Shown: in pieces, positions 47,049 to 55,411 of the stretch
Position numbering within the stretch: position 1 is the first letter of the stretch
Layout: each line of letters begins with the position of its first letter
Assembly: GCA_019057385.1 (NCBI GenBank)
Contig: JAHQJS010000006.1
Span: 224,001-288,000 of the forward strand
Length of the DNA: 64,000 bases
Source of the DNA: Candidatus Borrarchaeum weybense
GTDB lineage: Archaea > Asgardarchaeota > Sifarchaeia > Borrarchaeales > Borrarchaeaceae
Reading direction: 5' to 3'
Translations under genes and position numbers: made by a program
The notes under the pieces: model-generated
Databases searched by the model: none
What the model was told of the DNA's origin: nothing
Seen by the model: only the letters and a program-made list of their open reading frames with translations

Positions 47049-48347
47049 GTGCTTAAATGTGCAGAAAACATTGAGGATCTCTATGGTCCGTATATCATTA
47101 GAGGAAGATCAATCGATTTAGTTTGGAGAACATATTTGTCAAAAATCATTGAACAAGGATTATCTGTAATCACAGAAGATAAACAACAGAAAACTAAGGA
47201 GACCTTATGTTGCATATCCCATTTGACTGACTGGAAAAGTGGGCGAATAGTTCCTAGAAATTATGTTGGATTATCACCAGAAATTATTAGAACACAATAC
47301 CTACCACAGTATCTAAGCGGCGAAAAGGGAGATCATACATACACCTACGGTTGGTGTGTAAGAAAAAGATTTGGATTTGACCAGACCAAACTGGCAGTCG
47401 AGCAATTAAAAACTTCAAGAACAGCATTCGCGCAACTTTGGAATCCTATAGAAGATCTAAAAAGTGCTAATCCACCTTGTGTTGACATAGCACTGTATTA
47501 CAATGATTTTTCAACAAAAATGCTCCACATGATTGCCTATATCCGTAGCAATGATATGGGACGTGCCCACTCTGATGATGTTGCAGGTCTCTACGAAACA
47601 TTTCTCCGTTATGACGGCGCCTTTAATTTATATGGAGCCCAGAAAGCTGCAGGTACATTAACAACCATTTCAGGTTCTGCTCATATATATGATACCTCAA
47701 TTCCTGAACTACAAGAAATTTTGGTTGGTTCTGTTACTTTAGCGAATGAAAATCAGCCTTTAAATACCAAAACTTTACCAGGGCCTATTTTGTTTCAATC
47801 AAGAACCTATCAAAGTTTCCTTTCAGAATTAGAAGTCAAATTCAAAAAATACTGCAGAGAAAATAATGGATCATTTGATCTCTTTTTTACTGTAAGATTT
47901 GATGATTTAGCTTCTTCTGATTTTGATTCGAGTCAAACATTAGAAAAATTAAATGACCAGATTAAAGATCCTTCGCTTGAAAGTACGATTCGAAATTATC
48001 AAGGAGTAACAGATACTGGGAATGCATCAAGTATTGATCAAATCGAGTTTATTGCAAAAAAACTTAGAAATGCACCGAGAAGTCGACGGATGGTTATTGC
48101 GCCTAATAATCCCTCCAAAAAAATCTATTCTTTGAATCCTATAATAGTTCAATTTCTTTATCGACTTGAAAAATTGTATACAATTGCATTATTCTCCAAT
48201 TACAGCCTTATAGATATTCCTAAGGCAGTAATTATGGTTAGAAATCTCCAAAATGAAGTCCTCAAAGGCACAGATATCGCTGCTGGACCTATAGTGTTTC
48301 TATTTATGCCTGGTACCCATAAAACCAAGCATTTCTCTCTTTCGTGA
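47049..48347 (+). CDS. Thymidylate-synthase-like protein with two tandem ThyA domains (one catalytic, one degenerate)
   Basis: N-domain: YTYG, DQ, WNP, PPC144, R166SND and AHIY. C-domain: DQIEFIAKKL...SRR and QF, without the Cys. Confidence 0.85.
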   Translation: MLKCAENIEDLYGPYIIRGRSIDLVWRTYLSKIIEQGLSVITEDKQQKTKETLCCISHLTDWKSGRIVPRNYVGLSPEIIRTQYLPQYLSGEKGDHTYTYGWCVRKRFGFDQTKLAVEQLKTSRTAFAQLWNPIEDLKSANPPCVDIALYYNDFSTKMLHMIAYIRSNDMGRAHSDDVAGLYETFLRYDGAFNLYGAQKAAGTLTTISGSAHIYDTSIPELQEILVGSVTLANENQPLNTKTLPGPILFQSRTYQSFLSELEVKFKKYCRENNGSFDLFFTVRFDDLASSDFDSSQTLEKLNDQIKDPSLESTIRNYQGVTDTGNASSIDQIEFIAKKLRNAPRSRRMVIAPNNPSKKIYSLNPIIVQFLYRLEKLYTIALFSNYSLIDIPKAVIMVRNLQNEVLKGTDIAAGPIVFLFMPGTHKTKHFSLS

Positions 48348-48397
48348 ATTATATGCATTCTGAAAAAGAATTTTTGATGAATGACATCTATTTGGTG

Positions 48398-49561
48398 TCA
48401 TCCTTTGAGAAACAAAATCTTAAGCTCATTTTCGTGGAATTTAGCCTTTTCGATCTCCTTGTCCCGAATAATTGTGGGGAGATATAAAACACGCTTGTAT
48501 TTGCCTACACGAATAACCAGTGTGTTACGATCGTGCTCGATTGATAATTCACCTTTTTCGCTGAAAGGCAGTTTTATAACCAGTTCATAGTTTCCATTGT
48601 CTTGTTGCACAAGTTGAAACGGTCTTTCTGTAGTTAGAGTTTCAGTCGGATCTTTATCATGATAGAGCGCATCTGCCACTTTTCCAAGAAGCGTGGTACC
48701 TATGATTTCTTCCTGGAACAGTGGAACTGGAAGAATTGGAAGTGGATCAAATGCTTCATCGATCTGATTCATATAATCGGCTTGCTGTTGTTTCCAGCGC
48801 ACAAAAAATGGATCACTAACCTCCTCTGGAAGTAATCTATTGACTACAACTCCGTCAACGAGAAAACCAAACAAGTTCATAAAGGTTAATGTGCGCATCG
48901 ATTCTAGTAATACCATTTTTTCTGGATTAACCACCAACTTAACCGTTGTGACCGATGGATCTACAAGCAGTTCTCGAACTTCCATTGCTTCTTCAATCAA
49001 AGAATCTGTAACTTTTTGCACATCTGCACCAGGTAATGAGACTGGTAAAAGCATCCGAAGTGGCTTTAATTCCTCAAGTATTATTTTTTCGAGCTCCACC
49101 AGATTTCGACCAAGTGAACCGATGACCTCTGGAAAACTCATTAAACGAAGTGTATGTCCTGTAGGCGCCGTATCCAATACTATAACATCGTACTCGTTTA
49201 TGTACTGACGGATAGTTAAAAGACTAAATAACTCATCCATTCCAGGAATTACTACCATCTCACTCGCTAAAGCTTGGTCAAACCCTCTCGCAGTAAATAA
49301 TTGTGTAAGATACTTGAGTACAATCTCCCATTTTTCCTCCATCAGGCGCTGGGAATCAATTTCCAGACCATATAAATTCTCGCTTATCTTTTTCGGGGAG
49401 TGACCACCTAAATTAATACCTATTGCGTCACTTAAACTATGAGCTGGATCTGTGCTGAGCATTAAAGTTTTTTTTCCATTCTCTGCACACCGTAAACCTG
49501 TAGCTGCCGACACAGTTGTCTTTCCGGTGCCACCTTTTCCTGTAAACACTAAAATTCGCAT
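48398..49561 (-). CDS. ArsA-family ATPase with C-terminal HSP20-like domain (Get3d-type)
   Basis: TGKGGTGKTT, STDPAHSL, PGMDEL, DTAPTG and NPEKMV; C-terminal LVIRVGKYKRVLYLP...LKILF. Confidence 0.88.
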   Translation of the reverse strand: MRILVFTGKGGTGKTTVSAATGLRCAENGKKTLMLSTDPAHSLSDAIGINLGGHSPKKISENLYGLEIDSQRLMEEKWEIVLKYLTQLFTARGFDQALASEMVVIPGMDELFSLLTIRQYINEYDVIVLDTAPTGHTLRLMSFPEVIGSLGRNLVELEKIILEELKPLRMLLPVSLPGADVQKVTDSLIEEAMEVRELLVDPSVTTVKLVVNPEKMVLLESMRTLTFMNLFGFLVDGVVVNRLLPEEVSDPFFVRWKQQQADYMNQIDEAFDPLPILPVPLFQEEIIGTTLLGKVADALYHDKDPTETLTTERPFQLVQQDNGNYELVIKLPFSEKGELSIEHDRNTLVIRVGKYKRVLYLPTIIRDKEIEKAKFHENELKILFLKG

Positions 49562-49669
49562 TTAATAACTTCCTCTTTCATCGCAAGTAGTTCAACTCAA
49601 CTATCCATTGAATCATAAAAAATTACTGAAAATTGAATAAAAACGAGTCAAATTGTGACGATTAGTGTT

Positions 49670-50281
49670 TTATTCAACACTTATCTCAAAAGATTTCGAA
49701 TTGTCGCCAGAATTCTTTTTTGGGTTACTTAGAGTATTGTTGACAGCCTCTAACTCACTTTCTAGAATTTTTTTATACTGCATGAGCACCTCTACAAGCT
49801 GATCTGGCTTTACAATTTGAATTAACCATTCTCTTAATTGTTTACCTCTATCTTCCATAAGCTGTATAACATCTTTTAGTCTGTTTTCTACATATGTTTG
49901 GTAAGGGCTAAAATATTCGTCGATAAAACTAACAAATTTGCCTAGTAGGTCGATTTCTTGATCAAAACGTTCTGCAATAATCTTTAGAACACCTTTTCCC
50001 TTGTCCGTTAATTGATACATCTTTTTTGTGCCACCCTCTCCACTTTCAGTGATATTCTGAATTAACTTATCATTTTCTAATCTGGAGAGTGTAGGATATA
50101 TTGTGCCGCTTTTTGGCTCCCATGCGCCACCAAACTTCCCTTTTAGATCTTGTATAATATCTGAACCTGCCATCGGCTTTTCTTGTAGCAGCACTAATAT
50201 TAAAAATTCAACTGGGCTCACTTTTCGTTCAAGTACATTTCTGAAAAGCCCTCTACCTAATCCTCGACCAAGCCAAAACAT
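49670..50281 (-). CDS. PadR-family transcriptional regulator
   Basis: LILVLL...PM.G, WEPKSGTIYPTLSRLE and KKMYQLTDKG. Confidence 0.9.
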   Translation of the reverse strand: MFWLGRGLGRGLFRNVLERKVSPVEFLILVLLQEKPMAGSDIIQDLKGKFGGAWEPKSGTIYPTLSRLENDKLIQNITESGEGGTKKMYQLTDKGKGVLKIIAERFDQEIDLLGKFVSFIDEYFSPYQTYVENRLKDVIQLMEDRGKQLREWLIQIVKPDQLVEVLMQYKKILESELEAVNNTLSNPKKNSGDNSKSFEISVE

Positions 50282-51009
50282 GTTACTCTTCCTCTTTTTA
50301 ATAAATGTAGAGTTATCAAAATCAACGGGTTAAATTACCTTAAAAAGACTTTTGGTTATAAAAAATACTCTTTCAGTATTTATAAATACCATGTCGAAAA
50401 AATAAAAGAAAATCAAAAGAAAGAAAGACTTACAACATTTCCTTTGCCAGAACATGAAAAGAATCTATAAAATCAATGAAGAAAAGAATTTGAATGTTCA
50501 GGCAAATCGCACCACAGAGTATTCCTTTTTATTATTGACGCATCCTTCTATTTGTCGAAGAGTCTAATTTCGAAAAATATACGTTTTCAAAAAGAATCAA
50601 ATCCAAGTTCTGCCCCCGCCAAGATACCCGCGTTACACAGAGGGGAGGGGGAGGGAGCTCCAGAGCCTAAAAGAAAAGTAGTATTCAATTCGGCTCTGAA
50701 GCGTTATTTGTCAAATAGTCGTTATGCTTTTTAAAAATTTCGATCAATGTATATTGAGGTTTCTAGTTCAGAAAAAATTAAAGTGGATTTTGTAATATTC
50801 TGGTTAACGAATATTACTTTACGACATAAAGATAGGATTTCTTGCTTGCTTACGGGAACTGGTCACTTCTTCGTTGATCCAGCTTGATATTTCGCGGTTT
50901 CAAAATATGACAGTTGTATAAATTACAATTTGTAATCTAACAGAACAGCTAATCAAGTTTTGAATTCTTAATTCTCTTGCCCCGCTGACACGACGTATGC
51001 GACAAACGA

Positions 51010-51639
51010 TCACTTTTTATGATGTTTCCCAAAAAAATTGATAGAAATGTCTTGAATGATCTCCTGTGATTTTTGTATAGACTGAGTTGTATCAATAACT
51101 GAGTATTCTTCTTCTTTCGCCCTTTCAAGGAAATTATCACGTACTTTGCTAAGAAACTCTCTATTTTCAAATGATTCTAGTTTTTCTCTTCTATTTAGGC
51201 GCGCCATAGCATCCTTTGGACTTATATCAAGGATAAAAGTAATGTCGGGCCAAACTATGCCTTTGTTAATAGCCTTGATCCACTCTCTTGTTAATTCTTG
51301 CGCGGATTGATATGCTAATGAAGATTCAATATATCGAGTTGTAATTACGATTTGTCCTTGTTTAAGGGCGGGCTCTATAACTTCCTTCACATGTTGTATT
51401 CTATCTGCAGCAAATAATAGTGCAAACATCTCAGGCTGCTTAATTTCGAACTTGTCTTGCAATGCTTCTTTTATTAAGCGGCCAACGGCACCCTTAGTAG
51501 GTTCTCTAGTAAGAATTACACTAAATCCTTGTTCAACCAAAAACTCATATAGAAGTCTACTATGAGTAGACGTTCCAGAACCGTCGATTCCTTCAAATGC
51601 GATCAGAAAACCTCTCTGATTTGATTGTGGGTTCGTCAT
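51010..51639 (-). CDS. tmk: Thymidylate (dTMP) kinase
   Basis: IAFEGIDGSGTST, TREP, LLFAADR, RYIESSLAYQ and PD. Confidence 0.92.
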   Translation of the reverse strand: MTNPQSNQRGFLIAFEGIDGSGTSTHSRLLYEFLVEQGFSVILTREPTKGAVGRLIKEALQDKFEIKQPEMFALLFAADRIQHVKEVIEPALKQGQIVITTRYIESSLAYQSAQELTREWIKAINKGIVWPDITFILDISPKDAMARLNRREKLESFENREFLSKVRDNFLERAKEEEYSVIDTTQSIQKSQEIIQDISINFFGKHHKK

Positions 51640-51679
51640 GTGTTCACCTATAAAAGAAATTATAAGATTTCAGAGAATA

Positions 51680-51935
51680 TGGTGCTCCGGCCGGGATTTT
51701 CAGGGTAGACAGACGTCAAGTCCCATTCGAACCCGGGTTTTGGGCGTGCTGTAATCAATGATATTTGATGAATACACGGTTCCCCCGATTGATCGGTTGA
51801 TCGAATGTCCAGGGGTTTCTCCCAATTCTGCACAGAGTACAAAGAAGAGTCGAGAGCCCCAGATGCTTTCGACTTAGAATTTGTTTATTTAGAACCGTTT
51901 ATGCCTTCTAAATGGCCGGACTACACCACCGGAGC
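51680..51935 (-). tRNA. tRNA-Glu(CTC) with encoded CCA, interrupted by multiple BHB introns
   Basis: Exons 51935-51913, 51867-51851, 51816-51809, 51738-51726 and 51696-51680 splice to a 78-nt cloverleaf GCTCCGGTGGTGTAGTCCGGCCAAGCATCTGGGGCTCTCGACCCCTGGACCCGGGTTCGAATCCCGGCCGGAGCACCA. Confidence 0.9.
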
Positions 51936-52059
51936 ATATTTTATTTATTACTCATTTCTTGCCTAAGCAGTATAGTGCTAATTTACTCTTTCAGATGCTT
52001 TAAATAACTTATGTTTCCCAGAGAGTTGAGTGATTTCTCAAATATTATGCTTCCCTAAT

Positions 52060-52356
52060 CTACAAGTAAGCTGGTAGATAAAAAAGAACAAAGCTAATGA
52101 TCATTAGGATAATAGCAAGTACTATTGCAATTATGAGGAATTTCTTATCGGATCCAAAAATTATGGGAATTGGGCCAATAAGGACTACGCCTCCTCCGCC
52201 AACTTTAGTTTTCGTTTTCTTTCGCCTTTCTTCGTCGTCTTTTTCAGGTTCTTCTCTCTTTTCCTTGATAATGTTCCAAAAAACCTCAAGAAATATGAAG
52301 ATGCTGCCGATAATGATTAAAATTATTCCAAGAGGTATTAAAAAGTTCCACTGCAT
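52060..52356 (-). CDS. DUF131 (TIGR00304) membrane protein
   Basis: GGGGVVLIGPIPIIFGSD between two TM helices. Confidence 0.85.
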   Translation of the reverse strand: MQWNFLIPLGIILIIIGSIFIFLEVFWNIIKEKREEPEKDDEERRKKTKTKVGGGGVVLIGPIPIIFGSDKKFLIIAIVLAIILMIISFVLFYLPAYL

Positions 52357-52387
52357 AATTTCACCAAAGTATCAAGAAATCTCAATC

Positions 52388-52687
52388 TCATAATTCGTGA
52401 TTGCCACCATGTATTATAGGCAAAATTGTTATGATATCATTATTTGAAAGTTTAGTATGTTCATCTTCAAAAAGTGAAATGTCTGCATCGTTCAGTAATA
52501 TGAATAATGAGGGGTAAAGCTCTGAAAGAGACTGATTGAACTTTTCTTTGAATTGTTGGTCAAAATCATTTGAGAGTGAATCCAAAAGATCTTGTATTGT
52601 AGAATCATCTGGCAAATTTATCTGAAATGGGTTTCCCATGATCTCTTTTAGTGAACCCATTACCCTAATCCGTACATTGATTCCCAT
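52388..52687 (-). CDS. MoaD/ThiS/SAMP/Urm1-type ubiquitin-like protein with a C-terminal extension after GG
   Basis: ILLND.D...HTKL...D.ITILPIIHGG followed by NHEL*. Confidence 0.85.
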   Translation of the reverse strand: MGINVRIRVMGSLKEIMGNPFQINLPDDSTIQDLLDSLSNDFDQQFKEKFNQSLSELYPSLFILLNDADISLFEDEHTKLSNNDIITILPIIHGGNHEL

Positions 52688-52964
52688 GGTTTCTCACTCT
52701 CATTGTCTATGAATTTAGTCTTAGAATTAAAACTTTTCGTCAGAAAAGCATTCTTTTAACATTTGCATGAGAGGCTCTTCACCTTATTTTCACCTTATTC
52801 TGGTTTCAAAGACACGTTCTTTTTAAAATGTTTAAGAAAAGTAAGTATATTCTCAAAAGAACGGAATATATCCCATAATTTTTTAAAAGGAGTCCATCAA
52901 AGTATATTTCAAATTTTAATTTTGTCGAATTAAGTTATGATTTCAAACAATGTGAGGGAAAATT

Positions 52965-53189
52965 ATGGCCGCAACCGATTTACCCTTGGCTCCTTTAGAA
53001 AGGTTAGTGCGTAGAGCAAAAGCAGATAGAGTAAGCATGACTGCTGCAGAAGCTTTGCGAGACGTTTTGAATGAAATTGGTCTTGAAATCAGTTCTCGTG
53101 CTGTAGAGCTTGCAACTCATGCAGGAAGAAAGACGGTTACAGGTGAGGACATTCGATTGGCATATAATCAATGGAAGAAACGCTGGTAA
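52965..53189 (+). CDS. Archaeal histone (HMf-like)
   Basis: LPLAPLERLVR, RVS..A and HAGRKTVTGEDI. Confidence 0.93.
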   Translation: MAATDLPLAPLERLVRRAKADRVSMTAAEALRDVLNEIGLEISSRAVELATHAGRKTVTGEDIRLAYNQWKKRW

Positions 53190-53400
53190 ACCTGTAGAGT
53201 TAGTATGCCCATCAGAATCTCTTATCTTTTTTTCAATGTAGTGATCAAATTATTACTCAAAGATAATTTCGAAAAAGACTGTTGCTTTTTGGCTGGAATA
53301 ATTTGGAGGGCGAAATCCCTTTATATTATACTCTATTGAAAGGAATTAAATTCAATAAATTAACTTCTTGACTAACTACTTCGAAAACAAAGTGAGTTGA

Positions 53401-55371
53401 ATGCAAGTAGACATATATCAGCCCGTTACAGTTTTTTCCCTCTTTACATTTTCCTTGCTTTTTTACGTAGTGATGATCGCTATGGGAGGACTTGTTTTAT
53501 GGTTTTTTTCTCATTTTGAAAGCCGTATTCAGCGCTTTGATCTGATTGAAAAAATGGTACTTTGTGTAGCTATAAGTTCGACGTTTATACCTCTGATGGT
53601 CTTTGTTTTAACGCCTTTCTCTGGGTTCAATTATCTCACAACAATTTGCATTATGCTTTTTATTCTCGCAATAGCAGGATTCATTGCTTTAAAAAACAAA
53701 CACAAACTGAAGGAGTATATAGTTGAACTTAGGTCAATTCCTCCAATAATCGTAATTACTCTCGCAGTTTCGTTTGGTATTCGATTGTTTCCAACTCTAG
53801 GATTATATGTTTACCCCGGCAACGATGCAAAATTTCATACGCTTTACGCCTATTTAATTATCAGAAATCGAGGATACCCAGTCACATTCGCTCCATTTTA
53901 TCCAGTGGCAGTAACTTATAATTTAGGACTACATGCAGTAGCAGTCTTCTTTTTCTACCTTTTACCTTTTCCAATTGAACAAATCCTCATGTTACTTACA
54001 AATACCTACAATTTCTTATTTCCTATTTCTATGTACTCCTTAGGAAGCAAACTTTTTGATGATAAAAGAATTGCCGCAAATATGTGTTTCTTAAGCGGTG
54101 TGGTTACTCATGTCCCCATGATTTTTTTTAATTGGGGTGGAAATAGTTACATCTTCGGATTTTTCTTGATTCCTCTGTTTATTTCGGTTGCTGTACAAAT
54201 GATAAAAGAAAATAAATTCTCTCTAGTATTATCTATACTTTTAGTAATACTTACAGTTGGTCTCATTTACGCACATTATCTGCCATTCTTTATAGCGATC
54301 TGTGGGTTGGTTTCAGTAAATTTTTCACATTTTTTTAAAAGAAATGTTAAATCATTTCTGAACGCTCTTCTTTCTGTCTTTTTTGGCTTATTGATATCAT
54401 TTCCTCGAATATTGCTAAGTATTTCTGCTACTGAGGGCAGAGAAAGTTTTTTTATTGAAACAATGATTAAATGGTGGGCAAAGACACAAATTTTTGATCT
54501 CAGGTATTTTACATCACTTTCTGGGCTTGAAAAGGTCTTTGTAAGGTTGGTTATAAAAGATTTCGGTGGGAGTATTCCGCTTATAGCATTTATAGGATTA
54601 CTCTTCTTCTTATCAAGATTCAACAGAACCAATTCAAAAAATAATTCCATAATCAGTATATTCGTATGGAGTGCCATATTATTTCTTATTACAGCAAATG
54701 GACCGATAGGTCTTTATTTCTTAGAATTTCCATACTGGTACATATTTGATCCAACGTATATCAGACCTGGTTTAACTTTGCCTCTAGTATCAATGGCTGG
54801 ATTTGGATTCACTAATCTATCAAACTGGGCTGGTTCAATTGGAGATCTTAAATATTTCAAAAAACTTACTCCAACGCAAATATTTCAAAAGGTTTTTTTT
54901 GTATTTATTTTAATTGCCGTTACTATTGAGTCCCTTTTGCTTTTTAATTACATGGTGGGGAATTACGAGGACTCAGCAGTAACAACGGCAGACTATCAAG
55001 CCTTTATATGGATTCAAAACAATACCGATGAAAACGCAACATTTTTTGTTACATCAGCAGATGCTGGAGAATGGATTGTAGCTATCGCGCATCGAAGGAC
55101 TTATTCAATGGCTAAAAGTAACGGGGACAATTTGGTTTCTGAAGAATATGTAACAAAAGTTAATCAATTGAAGCAGCGATTAAAGGAAAACCCTGAGTCT
55201 GAAGAGACATTTTCACTTCTCAAATACTTCAGTATTGATTATATCTACATCGGAAAGAAAGCAATCTATGATTTCCAGCGATTAGATCCTAATTTATTCT
55301 TAGGCAGCAGAAATTATGAGCCAGTTTATTCTGATGGAGATATTTGGATTTTTAAAATCATTTATGGGTAA
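53401..55371 (+). CDS. Polytopic GT-C-like membrane protein (DUF6541-like)
   Basis: Many TM helices; GNDAKFH, YNLGLH, WGG, AFIWIQNNT, DAGEWI and YIYIG. Confidence 0.6.
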   Translation: MQVDIYQPVTVFSLFTFSLLFYVVMIAMGGLVLWFFSHFESRIQRFDLIEKMVLCVAISSTFIPLMVFVLTPFSGFNYLTTICIMLFILAIAGFIALKNKHKLKEYIVELRSIPPIIVITLAVSFGIRLFPTLGLYVYPGNDAKFHTLYAYLIIRNRGYPVTFAPFYPVAVTYNLGLHAVAVFFFYLLPFPIEQILMLLTNTYNFLFPISMYSLGSKLFDDKRIAANMCFLSGVVTHVPMIFFNWGGNSYIFGFFLIPLFISVAVQMIKENKFSLVLSILLVILTVGLIYAHYLPFFIAICGLVSVNFSHFFKRNVKSFLNALLSVFFGLLISFPRILLSISATEGRESFFIETMIKWWAKTQIFDLRYFTSLSGLEKVFVRLVIKDFGGSIPLIAFIGLLFFLSRFNRTNSKNNSIISIFVWSAILFLITANGPIGLYFLEFPYWYIFDPTYIRPGLTLPLVSMAGFGFTNLSNWAGSIGDLKYFKKLTPTQIFQKVFFVFILIAVTIESLLLFNYMVGNYEDSAVTTADYQAFIWIQNNTDENATFFVTSADAGEWIVAIAHRRTYSMAKSNGDNLVSEEYVTKVNQLKQRLKENPESEETFSLLKYFSIDYIYIGKKAIYDFQRLDPNLFLGSRNYEPVYSDGDIWIFKIIYG

Positions 55372-55411
55372 AACCATATGAAATATTGATTGACGAAAAT
55401 ATCTCATAATA

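Noticed and set aside
50552-50734. 60-aa ORF in the intergenic region
   Set aside because: No SD, no motif and an atypical composition.
51660-51842. 60-aa ORF on the minus strand
   Set aside because: It overlaps the tRNA-Glu gene almost entirely, so it is spurious.
51735-51865. Alternative anticodon stem TGGG/CCCA using one long intron
   Set aside because: No BHB fits any junction from 37/38 to 42/43 for that model; the tandem-intron model gives BHB-like motifs and a normal variable loop.
51868-51912. A further nested intron within the D-loop intron (TTCTAA occurs twice)
   Set aside because: Only a relaxed motif without an h' helix can be drawn, so it was not counted.
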